DNA of 64,000 nt from Schizochytrium sp. TIO01 (Eukaryota > Protista > Bigyra: Labyrinthulomycetes): NCBI GenBank assembly GCA_004764695.1, contig SMSO01000007.1, positions 496,001 through 560,000 on the forward strand. Direction: 5' to 3'. The position numbers were made by a program, and so were the translations under genes. Positions 12,845-25,800 of this stretch are shown piece by piece (the first letter of the stretch is position 1; every line of letters starts with the position of its first letter). The notes below the pieces were generated by a model. It made no database searches. It saw only the letters and a list, made by a program, of their open reading frames with translations, and was not told where the DNA came from.

Positions 12845-13537
12845 CTTGAGGTTGTAGCGATGGTTCATGCCTTTAACCTGACATCGTTGCAGTGGTGCTC
12901 CATGGGCAACCAAGAGAGCGTGCCGAGCGAGGTTTGCCGCAGCAGCTCAGGTTGCGTGCAAGCATTTCGTCTTGGAAAACGGCCTCCGGTTTCTACAGTT
13001 CGTGATGGCCTGTGAAGGTCTGTCTGACTGTCTTGCCTGGAGCGGCATGGTTTCCTGGGGGCTTTGTGTCTCCGTTTTGCTTGGTCTTGGCGCTTGCTGC
13101 GACCAAGTCGAGCGCATCGCCATGCACACGAAGTGCCGTGCCAACCTACCTGCTGTTTCTGGCGAACTGCATAAATCAAGCTGGAGGAGATAGGAACTGC
13201 TTGGTCGTACCGAGCGCTCCCAGCGAGTCCAGGATGCTGCGGATTTGCAACGTTGAGGACGCTCGCTGCCTAAATTTGTACTACTACTGCTTTGCTGTCG
13301 GAAGCGGCATGAGGAAGAGCGAGATGCCACAAACTCAAACAAAGATCGCAGCTGCTGCTGAGTCATCCAACCTGGTAGATCAGCGGGAACCAGATAGCGA
13401 GCATGCAAGAAAACCTGCAGGGCAAGGATCGTGCCGACTTTGCTTCATCTGCCACGCCCATCTGCGTCTTGGATTTTGTCTTCTCGTTTGTGATTCATGG
13501 CTTCAAGACAATTTATAATTAATTCATCATAATTTAT

Positions 13538-13538
<1 letters not shown>

Positions 13539-13582
<44 letters not shown>

Positions 13583-13584
13583 TT
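13539..13584. repeat. (TTTA)n microsatellite
   Basis: Directly visible. Confidence 0.9.
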
Positions 13585-14590
13585 AAAATAAATAATAAAA
13601 AAGAGAAAACATATTGAATAAATAGCTCACTCAGTACCAAAGGGCCCTTCAATTAGAGCAAAATACTTTTTTCTTTTTCTTTTTCTTTTTCTTTTTCTTT
13701 TCCTTTTTCAATATAAAAATGAGCTAATTTTATATAGGTATCTGCACGCTATACGCCGAATCGCTCGGCGATACTGAGCTCCGGCGAGGGAGCAAGTGAG
13801 CTCGCAACGATGCCGCAACGGGGCAGGCAGCGCATCACCAATGCGGCCCTCTCGCAAGCCACTTGGTTCTCGAAGATGCCAAACGCCACACCTCACTAGG
13901 TTCTTCTCCAAGCCATGTTTTACCTATGGGCGCCTTTTTCAGTGCCTCGCTCTTCAACATACGTGTGTCTCATTTTTTTATTATAATTTTTTATTTTTAT
14001 TTTTTTATTATTCTATTTGATTAATTTTAATTAATAAGTTTCTATAAAATTGAATCATATCATATCCATCGATTGATAGGGCGCAAAACTAACGAACCTA
14101 CAGAACTTCCCATCGATTGATGGGTTTTCAAGATGGGAAACAACAACAACTTATGAAATTAAGCTTCGAGCTCCCAAACAGCAGCAGCGGCATCTCGAAG
14201 AAGAGGAGCCGCATCCGGGCAGGCCGTCGCCATCACCGACCCCGCGCCGGGCCACGCTCCCCGCTCGCATTTCGAGGCGCCGCGAGGGCTCGATCCTGCG
14301 GCGCAGGAGGATCGAGATTTCTTCGTTTTTCTAACTAGCTAGCAGAATTTTGGAGCGCCCATATTGAGGCCCTATCAATAGATGGACCACACATGCACAG
14401 CAATGAATGCAAAGTGCAGCGCATGCCTGATGAAATTCACAGCTTGCTTTGCTTAGCTCGCAGGTTGATTGAAAGCGCTTCGCAGAGCGTACCTCCACGG
14501 AGCGCGGAGGTTGCAAGCGAGCGAGCTAGCAAATTCAAGCTCGAATGCACTCGGTCTGCGACTCGCTGCAGGCGATGGATTGATCCTCTG

Positions 14591-14635
14591 CTCTGCTCTG
14601 ATGTGCTCTGCTCTGATGTGCTCTGCTCTGATGTG
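14591..14635. repeat. 15-bp minisatellite CTCTGCTCTGATGTG x3
   Basis: Exact units start at 14591, 14606 and 14621. Confidence 0.9.
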
Positions 14636-15135
14636 CTGCTCGTGGGGCGAGCCGCTTGGACTTTAGTTTTGACTGCCGCTCACTCTTAGAGCAGAAGAGC
14701 AAGGCATTCCATTCAACTCAAGGCAGTGAGTGGGCGTCCAAGAGTACATCTGCTGACTGACGTTGGAGACAATGCAAATGCCACCCGGCATTGCCACCCC
14801 AGATGGTCTTGAGCTGCCATGAAAGCGGCGGCGGCGGACTCCCTCGTGAGCGAGACGCAGGCACTCTCCCTTGGACGCCCTGCGTGAACCCTGAGGAGCG
14901 GCAAGCGCGATTTTCCACGGCGGAAACGCTTCGAAGTACCCTGCAGAACTAGCCATAGCTAGCGAGCGAGCAACTGCCCACCGCGACGAATGAACGCTGC
15001 TGCTCGAAGACAGACCTCGAGAGAACGTCAATAGCCCGAACGCCGTGCTCAGAGCGGCAGGCCGGCTTGAGGTCCTTCAAGCCGTCTTCGTCTTCTCCCT
15101 CCAAGTCCGTCTTGTGCAAGCAAGTTCGCCTTTGG

Positions 15136-15210
15136 CCTCTCCTTCACCGCATCTATAGCCGTTCTACGAGAGAACGGACTCGAGGAGGATTGGACCGCGC
15201 AAGATGAGAG
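15136..15210 (-). repeat. Diverged dispersed repeat, copy B (copy A at 6530-6616)
   Basis: See copy A. Both copies translate to similar peptides (DAVK(E/Q)R on one strand, PLLH(R/S)IY on the other). Confidence 0.55.
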
Positions 15211-16360
15211 CCCAGAGATATGCACGGCTTTTAAGGCCTCGATCGATCGATCGATCGACGCGATCTTGAGGTTATTGAGCAACTGTCTACAACACTTGCC
15301 TTGGCGCGAAGAAGATGAAGAAGAAGATGGTGGCGGTGGCGGTGAAAGAAGAAGTAGGATGGAATCGAAACGATTGCATGTTGAGTTATTCTATCCACTG
15401 CTTTCGGCATGCCTTGGTACCTGTGTATCATCTACCTACCTGCATACTACCTACTGCAAGCAGAGTTCAGAATGCACGAGGGCGATCGATGGATCCTCCG
15501 CTCGGGTTCTGATCTCCTCCGTTGCCTTCACTTGAAATATTGAGCGATTGAATACCCATCGATCTTCACGAGGCATGGTTCACGCGTCATGAATCGTGGA
15601 TCATTAGAATCACCGCGAACCATGAATCGTGAATCAGCGTGGTGGCCGGTTGAACTTTCCGCCAACGATGCAAGCAAGATAAACGTTGGTGTCCCACCAC
15701 GAAGCAAAGGCAAAAGGTGTCTGTCTGTCTGTCTGTCTGTCTCTGCAGCGCTTCAGCACTATGTTGAACCCGTGTGAACGAGGCGCCTCATCATCGCACG
15801 AGATGAGCAATATTCAGAAGCCGACTGCAGAGGGGTCCGTCTGTGTCTCTGCAAAGAGCCACGACGGCCGCCAATTTGAGGTCACGCCGAAAACCGGGGC
15901 CTGAGTCGAAAGGCTCCAGCCAGCCAGCAGGGCGCTTTCCCTCGAGCGAGTGCGGTTTCCGAGGAGGTCGCACAAAGCAGTTCTGATCGGAACCCCTGGA
16001 ACATAAGGAGCGGAAGCAGAAGAAAAAAAGAAAAAAAAAGAAGAAAAAAAAGAGGGAAGACTTTTGGGGAACAAAAGTTGCTGCGAATAAAAGAATGGCT
16101 CTGAATAAGCGAGCCAAAAGAGGGCGATGGCGAATGAGGGAGGCCACGGCAGGACGGTGAGTGCGTCCTCGTGAGGGCTGCCGAATTAAATTCCGGGGCT
16201 TGAGCATGGCCTCAACGAAGAGTTTCCTTATTTGTGCGAGGTTCTTTCGCTCCGGATTCCCTGATCCATGGTCTTGGTGTGGAAAGAATGTCTTTAGTGT
16301 TGAAACACTCGAAAAACACTCTCTCTCTCTCTAAATATATATATATATTTTTAATTTAAT

Positions 16361-16405
16361 GTTTTGTTTTGTTTTGTTTTGTTTTGTTTTGTTTTGTTTT
16401 GTTTT
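16361..16405. repeat. (GTTTT)n microsatellite
   Basis: Directly visible. Confidence 0.9.
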
Positions 16406-16703
16406 AAAATTAAGTTTGTATATGAAAATAAGTATAAATAAAATTAGAATAAAAGCTCTCTCCTTTGCATTGTAAAAGGGAGGTAAGATCGTTTTGCAGT
16501 GGTGCCTGTGAAGGAAAGTGAATGAATCAAAGTCAACTTTGGAGAGCGTTCAAGCTCGTTCATTTGCTCCCTGAGCCGGCGACGATGGCTGGAAAAGATG
16601 TGCTCGGCCTCTGCGAGTGACGCCCACGTCTCGAAAAGCTCTCGGAAAGTACCGCGTCTTAGAGTTGGTTGAATCCGACTGCGATGCAGAGGCAATCTTC
16701 TGC

Positions 16704-16775
<72 letters not shown>

Positions 16776-16776
16776 A
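16704..16776. repeat. (AAAG)n microsatellite
   Basis: Directly visible. It generates the spurious KERK ORF. Confidence 0.95.
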
Positions 16777-17313
16777 GGACAGAGAATAAATTGTTATCAG
16801 TGTGTAAGTGTATCTTAGCTAGGAAACGACTGCTTTGAGAATATATATGAGCGTGAAAGCAGAAAAGAAGAGACTTGAAAGCAGGAACTCGAAGAACTCG
16901 AAAGTACCTAATCGCTCCGTGGGAATATAATGCGCAGCATACACATGCAGTTAGCAGGGATTCAATGAAAGTGGGTAAAAACATGGTTCATTACTATTTG
17001 TAGTGTTATAAATGAATGAATAGAAGTCATTATATTAATTTTTTTAATTTTTTTTTTAAATATAAGGAAATGGAAAGATCATGTTGAGGAAGAAACAAAT
17101 CGGAATCGCCTCGACCCGAGGAAACCAAGTCAAACCAACTCAATTATAAGCAAACACGCAACAGCAGAACGGTGGGTCTGTAAATCACAAACCCGTCTTG
17201 CTTCTTTCGCAAACAAGTGACCTGCCTCTCAAACTTAAGCGAAGCAAAGCAAAGCAAAGCAAAGTATAGCAAAGCTTCGCTTATAAAATACAAGAAACAA
17301 GTCTCTGTCCAAG

Positions 17314-18843
17314 ATGGCGCCCAAAAAGGAACTCCGCGTGATCTCTATGGAGGAGGTGAAGAAGCACAACTCCGCTGATGACTGCTGGCTCGTGCTCTGT
17401 GGCAAGGTATACGACCTCACTGACTTCCACAAGGCCCACCCTGGCGGCTCTAAGATTATCACCAACCTTGCTGGCAAGGACGGCAGCGCCCCTTTCCAGC
17501 AGGTGCACCCTGCAGATATCGCTGAGAGACTTCTCTCTCCAGATGTTGTCGTGGGCAAGATTGACCCCGAAACCCTTTCTGCTGACGACAAAGCCGAAGC
17601 TCCCCAGCAACATGATGACTCCGAGCCTTCTGAACCCATTGAGCTTGAGCTGCATCACATGTTGAACGCCTTTGACTTCGAGCAGGTGGCCAAGCTCAAG
17701 ATGAACAAGGAGGGATGGTCGTACTACTCTAGCGGTGCCGACGACGAAATCACGCTCCGCGAGAACCATAACGCCTTTCAGAGAATCTGGCTTAGACCTC
17801 GCGTCATGGTCGACGTTGCCAAGATCGATATGAGCTCGAAAATGCTGGGATACGACACTTCAATTCCTCTGTATATCAGCGCCACGGCTCTGGGCAGATT
17901 GGCGCACCCTGACGGTGAGACTGCTCTGTGCAAGGCCGCTCAGGCTTCTGGAGTGCTACAGATGATCCCGACATTGTCTTCCTGCTCATTAGACGAGATG
18001 CTCGAGGCCCGGGCACCTGGCCAGATTGTCTTCTCGCAGCTTTACGTGAACCAGAACCGCGAACGTACCCTCGAGTACATTCAGCGCATCGAAGAGGAGG
18101 GTGTCAAGGCTCTCTTCATTACCGTGGACGCCCCTCAGCTCGGCCGTCGCGAGAAGGATATGCGTAACAAGTTCTCAAAGGAGGGTACCAACGAACAGAA
18201 ATCCGACGAGTCTCAGGGCAAGGTCAATCGCGACCAGGGCGTCACCCGCGCAATCTCGTCATTTATCGACCCTAGCCTGAACTGGGCTGACCTTGCATGG
18301 TTCTTTAAGCACACAAAGCTTCCTATTATTCTCAAGGGCGTACAGTGCGCTGAGGATGCGGTGCTCGCGTTCCGCTACGGATGCGCAGGTGTGGTTCTCT
18401 CCAACCATGGAGGTCGTCAGCTTGATCTTTCACGCTCTGGTATCGAGATCCTTCCTGAGGTCATGGCCGCTCTCCGCAAGGAGCCTGGATACTCGAAGGA
18501 ATACTTCCAGGTCTACGTCGATGGTGGAATTCGCCGTGGTGCTGATATCTTCAAGGCTATTGCTCTTGGAGCTACGGCTGTTGGTATTGGCCGTCCTTCA
18601 ATTTACTCTCTCGCAGCGTTTGGCCCTGAAGGCGTTGAACGCATGATTGAAATCTTCAAGGATGAGCTCGAAATGTGCATGCGCCTCATGGGTACGCCCT
18701 CAATTAACCACATCTGCGAGGAGCACGTCATCACCAAGAACCTCGACGACCACTTTGCCATGCAACCGCGTGACAACTTGCTCTTGGATACTTACGAGCC
18801 CATCCGCACTGCCGGATTTGGCAAGGAAAAGAGTAAGCTCTAA
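17314..18843 (+). CDS. CYB2: Flavocytochrome b2 / L-lactate (2-hydroxyacid) dehydrogenase: cytochrome b5 domain + FMN-dependent dehydrogenase, C-terminal PTS1
   Basis: b5 heme motifs (EEVKKHNSADDCW, VYDLTDF, HPGG). FMN_dh motifs YYSSGADDE, SATALGRLAHPDGE, TVDAPQLGRRE, LKGVQ, SNHGGRQLD and DGGIRRGADIFKAIALGA. Ends in SKL. Strong C/G-ending codon bias. Confidence 0.93.
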   Translation: MAPKKELRVISMEEVKKHNSADDCWLVLCGKVYDLTDFHKAHPGGSKIITNLAGKDGSAPFQQVHPADIAERLLSPDVVVGKIDPETLSADDKAEAPQQHDDSEPSEPIELELHHMLNAFDFEQVAKLKMNKEGWSYYSSGADDEITLRENHNAFQRIWLRPRVMVDVAKIDMSSKMLGYDTSIPLYISATALGRLAHPDGETALCKAAQASGVLQMIPTLSSCSLDEMLEARAPGQIVFSQLYVNQNRERTLEYIQRIEEEGVKALFITVDAPQLGRREKDMRNKFSKEGTNEQKSDESQGKVNRDQGVTRAISSFIDPSLNWADLAWFFKHTKLPIILKGVQCAEDAVLAFRYGCAGVVLSNHGGRQLDLSRSGIEILPEVMAALRKEPGYSKEYFQVYVDGGIRRGADIFKAIALGATAVGIGRPSIYSLAAFGPEGVERMIEIFKDELEMCMRLMGTPSINHICEEHVITKNLDDHFAMQPRDNLLLDTYEPIRTAGFGKEKSKL

Positions 18844-19888
18844 TTTATACTGTCTTTCCCCACACCATACCTCCTGTTTTCTCATGTCTTTGCTGGGACA
18901 AGACCGAGCCCTAACAACTATATACACTTACAGCTTTCATCTCCATTACTTACACATACATGACCCACATTCGTCATTCCAGCTCTAACATATCATGATG
19001 TCCAGTCCAACATGGCACCTAATTAATTAATTTGGCCGAATGCCCATTTCTTCTCGTTCCTCTGTTTTGGATTTCTTCGCGTTGTCTGCTACTAATGACT
19101 AATCTGAGCTCCCTGCCGAAATTACAAAGAGGGAAACTAATAATAAGCTTACTTCTTCGTTAGTCACATATTTACAATCACGCGGTATGATACTTCGCGC
19201 TACTCTGCTATTCAGAGGCAATTTTATAATTTGGATAAATCAAGTACTCGGGGCAAAATACTGTTTCTGTCGCTGACAGACTTGCGTTTTTGGAGCAGTA
19301 GTGCCCTCATATAGTGCCTCCATTAGTTACAGATAATCTTTTTGTTCATTCGCTAGTTTGCTGATTATTATAAAAATAGCTTTAATCAACATGCATCCTT
19401 GAAGTTTTATTCTGGCTTCTTCCTTTACAAATACTTCGAAATCAGCAGCTTTCCTTCAAATCATATCTCGATTATTATTCTCCTCCACAACATTTTTTAT
19501 TTGAGCCTAGTCAAAAGAGCTCCTGTTCACTGGATAAAAATCAAGCAGATATGGTACAAGATTTTTCAACTCTCTTAATTAGTCAAAGCAGAGCGGAGTA
19601 TATATTCGGATCACAAACTTCGTTGTTAATTGGCACAAAAAATATGCTTAGTAAACACTAAATCTAGAAAAGTTAGAGAATTTATTGGTGCAGTTAATGA
19701 GTTCATCCAAGAGAGTTTTTTTAGTTTTCTTTTAAGAGAAGCGAAAACCATTCCTGTTAAGGATCACTTCTGATGTGAATCCCTCACATTTACAGCAAAG
19801 AACCTTACCTAGAAATCATTATGAACGACTGGGTCAGTGTAGGCTTTGTTCAGAAAGAGGAGGAGATATAGACAATGCAGATTGACTT

Positions 19889-22800
19889 TTATGGCGATGG
19901 TAGAATATCATCTTGCGGTTCTTGATCCAAAACCTCACTGCCCGATCCAGATGCAGTTGACAGATTATCCCGACCGTCATAATCATCACCCACAGACCCA
20001 CCCGGGTTTACAGCTTGATCACTTGCAGCATCGTCTTCATCCATGTAACCGAGTGTTTCAGTGCCCGTAGGAAGATCGTCGTCGTCCTCATCTTCTTCGT
20101 CGCCGCCCTCATCATCACCTTCAGCACCAGCGTCGTAGCCAACCTCAGCTCGGCTTCGTGGGAGTGGAGCCTGTGGCGGGGCACCTTGTATGGCCTGCAT
20201 CACCCCCCCTTGATGAGATTGCGCAGACCCAGCTGAATTCTGTTGACCAGCTTGTTGGTTCGCTGCTACAAGCGAACTTCCAGCAACTCGGTTCGCCGCC
20301 ACAATGTCTTGCTGTTGCTGCTGTTGTTGCAGCATTTGTTCCTTCGCGGCACGCTTTTCCATCGCTTCACAAGGGTTATTGACGGGGTCGAATGGCTCAC
20401 GAATGATTCGCGCGTGCGAAGGAGCAGGCTTCGCACCCTGTCCACATGCAACCCACCCACTTTCAGGCGGCATCGTGCTGGGGTTGCCATGATGAGAACT
20501 GTAGTAGTCGGTGTCACTGTTCGTACCGGGTTTGGCAGAAAGTTCAGAAATATACCATGTGTACTGCTTGTCCTTTACTTGACATCTATACAGATTGTAC
20601 GGTCGAGATTCAACGAACTTTACAAACTTGGGAGTCACAGAGTCAATCTGATTGCTCTCATTCGGTTTGAAGTATCCATCAAACGAAAAGGATCCATTGC
20701 ACTCAGGAGTTGCGGCGCCTTTGACAAGGATCGAGACCTTTTGCGGAACAATAGGTCTAAAGCAAACATCAGGGTTTGCCATGGCTGCAGCTCGCGCAAG
20801 CAAACGAACAGTTCTACCCTTTGCAATCGTACGCGTAAAAACATCCAGGTTGCCTCCTAGGCAGCGGTCGTAAGAGTGGGTGTCTAGCCAGTTAGGCAAC
20901 CAGGGCACCCAATGCGAACTATACTCAACCATCCAAGATCGTACACCTGAATTTACATGGAAGAGCTGGCCCAGCATTTTAGCAAGACTATAAGCAGCAT
21001 AGACATTGATCTGGTACATCTCTTCCGTTTCAGGATCATAGTACATGTTCTGGGGGTAACGTCCACCAGCACGTTGTTGTTCCTGACGCGCAGCAAGTGT
21101 TTTCGCCTCTTTGCTCAAAAGAATAACCTGGTTCAAGCACTTGCCTACCAAATCCTGACTTCGCTCAATCGAATGACCATCCTCGATAGATCCTAACATA
21201 CCTAGAGCAAGACACAAAGACTTAATCTTGTGACGAATTGCCTCAACAGTGGCATTGGCAACATCCACTAGTCCCACAGTATTCTCTAGTTGTTGGTGAA
21301 GACTAGTAATCACATGCCTAGACAACTCAATATCGCCCTTACAAGCATGCGCCAACAAAACTGCACCGGGTCTGGGATCGCGGCGCGCAATCAGGAGCAC
21401 AAAGTTCTCGGGAAGAATGGCAGCATTATTCTGGGCCACTTGGCAGGCTGGAGTTCCACGAGCAAAGCGTAACGCCGATGAGTGACGCGCCTGGCGAAGG
21501 AACCAATCCAACGTGCTAGCACGGGGGTCAACTTCTCCGTTTGCAGTGACTAGGAAACCGGATCCAGCCTCATCCTGCTCTTCTAAATCGTCCTCATCGT
21601 CCTCATCATCAACACTAGCCAAAGGATCTTCAAAGTAACCAGACCGCCGCATGAGCTTACTGTATGAATCTTCAGTTGTCTTTCCTGTCAAGAGAAGAGA
21701 CAATGAGTCCACCAGAGCTGTCAGATCACCATCATTAGGCCCTCCATTGGCCTGCTGATGACCTTGATCCATTGACCCCCCACGGTGCCTGTTACTTTGT
21801 CTTGTTGCAGACTCCGCAATCTGATATACGCGTAAGAGCAAAGCAGGTACATCGCGTTGTAGCAGACTGTCCCGAAGATAGTCAACACGGCATAGCATTC
21901 GCCAAACAGCAAAGTACGGCCTTAAAAAACGATAACTCGGGGGGATATCAAGGGGCATCATTTCGCACATCACATCTACGAACTGGGAAAGAATAGATTC
22001 TAATTGCAACTTGAAGGCATCCGAAAGATAATCAGCGGGACTTGATATAGCAGTAGTAGCCAGTTTAATCACCTCTTCCATAAGATGGATAATCACACCA
22101 CGTGCTGTCTTTTCGCTGCAGCGTAACAAAAGAGGTTCTAATGAGTCGTGTCTCCCTGTAGACTCCGTTAGGGTACTCAGGAACCATGGCACCACATCAG
22201 GACCGATTTCAAGGCTCTTTTGCAAAGCGCCTCGAATAGCAATGTCCCACATGCGCAGACGCGGTTTCTGCGTGTAGATGCGCATAGTTGCCCGAGTGTA
22301 CACAACTAGAGCCATTTTCAAGGTGGACTCAAAAGTGTCTTTATCATGTGACGAAATCAATAGCAGCTGATAACAGAAGTCCATAAAAGTCGGAACCATG
22401 ACCAAACCGTGACGCATGGTGCGCTGATTGTCTTCCCAAACATCTTGCTCGATACCTTCTAGACGATGCTTGGCTGTAAGTGCAAGTCGTGCCTGTCGAA
22501 TCCATACCTGCATTTTGCAAACAATCTTGCCTACTTGAGCAAAAGATAGTGAACACAAGCCCTGTTCAGAATACACATCAGACGCTGAAGCTACTAGAGT
22601 GGACACGGAACCTTCTGCTAAAGGTTGAGGCAGGCCCCTTGGCATTGCCAATTTGGGTTCTCGTGGCACAGTCCCGCCAATTGTTTTCGGTCCATTTACG
22701 AGTTCATAAAGCAACAGATACGCGTTATTATCTCGAGCACCATACTGCTTGAACTTGCCCATGCCGCCCATACCCATATTGGTCATCCCGATAGACGAGT

Positions 22801-25800
22801 TACCTCCCGAACTCCAACCGGCTTGAGCTCCGCCATTATTCAAAGGTCCGCCAAAGCATTCCTCCTCAAGGTTGCGAACGTCAAATGGAGTCACTCGTTC
22901 GTCATCAAATCGGAACCAGGCCCCAGATCTTCGATCCTTAATGAAGGAGTAATAGTGGCCAAAGTTCGCGCCAGAGCCCTGGTGCACTACCACACCACAA
23001 AGCTCATACTCAGTGTTTGACTTGTTAAGTGAATCATCTTCATGGCATTCAGACTGTGGTTCCCCGAGGCTCTCCTCACGTTCGTTATCATGTGGCATCA
23101 TCGGCGAGCTTCTACCTGCACTAACAGCTACTGCTTCATTGCCTAAACCAGAGGCATCAGAAACAGCGTGAGCAGAGTTTGGCTCGTTTGGTTCCACTGT
23201 GGCTGACTGGCTCTGGCGTGCCTCCTCATCAAACTTCTCCATCACGGCAGCACGTGTAAATCTGTACAAGTCAATGCGGTGTTCAAAACTTACGCGATGG
23301 TTCAGCTTAGTTGGCTGCATGATCTCATAATCAAAATCAAATCGCTGAAGCTGTACGACGAGCACAGGCGGTAGCTTTGAAAAACACTTGATCTGATCCG
23401 CTTCAAAACGTCGCTCCTTGTCCATCGCGTTACAAACCTCACATTCAAGGCCACTAAGTTTTTCTGCCTTAAACCACGATTCAAGGGCATCATCAAGTGA
23501 GTGTAATGTGGGGCCTGCCATTCCGCTTCGAACATTAAGAGTAAGGAATGGTGTGCCAACCTCGGATTCAGTTCTATGCTTACCCTCGCAATTGCGTACG
23601 TTCATTGTACACGTGCGAACGTAAAGCATGTCTTGCAAAGCCTTGCATTGCATTCGGCCCTGCGTCGTATCCTCCAGGTAGTCCACGAGCCGTGAGTAGA
23701 ATTCAATAGCGTCATTCTGAGAAAGGTGGCCATCCATAAGCTTGAGCGCTGCAGACTCGTCAACGAACCCACGGGGATTAAAATACCGCTTGTCTGAATT
23801 TTTCAGAAATGTAAACGTGTATTGCAAAGCTCGAAGCAAGCGGTTTTTCTTGTGGTCTCTCATCCCCGGGATGTTGTTCCACAGGTACTCGGCTCCACCG
23901 TCCTCACCATCCCCTTCCAGGTCGTTATCATACATATTCTGACTCGGACTTGCTGCCTTATTGCTAGATACGATTGAGCCCAAGACACCAGGTGAATGAA
24001 GGATCCAATCACGTAATTGAGGCGCCATAAAAAGCTGTTGCAGTACCGAGTTCTGATAGCAGGTAGCACCTTGGTTCACAAGCCCAACAAAGCCGGAAGG
24101 GGATTTACGCGAGTCTACGGGCTTGAAATTCCAGTCTAAGCGACCCTGTCTATTCACAGGAACTGGGGTGTCCAACACAAACTTGTGGGTCGCCTCGGAT
24201 AGCCACTTGAGACAAATATTGTCTGCCTCAGCCATGAGACGCAGCAAACCAAATGCACGAGTACGAATGTCGGGTAAGGATGCAATAGCGCTTGCACGTT
24301 TTTTGTTTGGTGTTGGTACAGCCATGAGAAAGCGGTGGAATAATGATTCCATCAGAGGTGTGCACATTGAATCATCTTGGCAGATGGCTGGATTCTTTTG
24401 CAAAATGAGCTCCATTAGATCAAGATAACCAATTAGGGTATCATCGAGAAGCTTCAGTGTCACTGTCTTAATGGCATTGTATTGCGCAGTGTCTTCATTT
24501 TGCGTTGGGCGCCGGACCTTACCTGGCCTCAGCTTGAAGCACTGAGAGCGAAGGGCAATGTTGAAAGGGCTCAATAGCCTTGCTTCACGACGAATCTGTT
24601 GTCTTGTTAATGCAGGATACTGAACAAGACGAGCAATAATGATGCGAGTGAAGCTTTCCACACGAAAATGGCGCTCCGCAATCTGAGTACGAACAAAGGC
24701 AAAGTAATCATCACACGTAGGGCAGTTCTTAGGAGTAGTGTAGATGGTCTCGCGAGCAAGAGCTTCGACGGTGCGAAGGTTCTCTTGAGAAAATGTGCAT
24801 AGCATAGACAGCAAGTCTCGAAGCATTTCCCGAACGATCGGAAAACGACTCAGGGAAAGAACGTCAACGATAGATTTAGCACCAATCCAAGAATCTTGAT
24901 TCAGACGTTGTTGCTCAGCTTGCGAAGAGAGAAAGTCCGAACCGAGAGACTTATCAGCCTGCAAGAGCATGAATGATGTCTGTACAGCGTCAACTAAGAC
25001 ATTGAGCATTGCATCATCGCTGTCATTAATAGCATCATCACGTTGGCCAGAAGATGAATCTCCTGAACGGTCTAATGAGAGGCCGTAGTCATCATCAGAA
25101 TACCCTAGAGGAGCAGCCGAGTCAGTAGTGTCATCAGCATCATCATCTTCAGAATCGGAGTCGTCCCCATCTGACTCGACTAGGCCACTAGGAATAGGGA
25201 CATCATTATCATTTTTCGAAACAAGATGGTCCTTATCTTCGTCAATGAGGTCATCATCCTCGTCATCAGTGTCATACTCTGTGAAACCACTCTGTGAGCA
25301 TGTTGTACGATGCGCTAGTACAATCAAAACTGACAAATTCTTTGCCAGAGTCTGCAGGTCTGAAGATCGAGCAATTGTCTCTTTAGAAGCTGGGCTGAAA
25401 GCCATACCACGGGCTTGCTTAGATTCCTCCATTTGAATTTGTTCAATACGACTCAGGATAGAGGCTTCTCCGTGCACAGTATCATTGGTTGAGTCGCTTA
25501 GAGAACCACGCACGCAAAACCGGACAATTCGCATAATTACAGGGAGTGCTACGGTCTGCTGCCAAGCCCAGAACCAGTTGTATTCTGCATTGGAAGGGTC
25601 CGAGGATTCAACAAGAATTCGACCAAGGAGGAGAACTACATCCTGAAATCCGCCGGTTTTCAGGAAGGAGCTTCGCCAAGCACTGGACTCAATAGAGGCT
25701 TCACCATCGTCGCTGGGACTACTTATGTTGTCGTCTTGTGATTGAGTGTCATAAGATGCGCGCGACTCTTGGTTACCTATTAGTCGATTCACGATCATTA

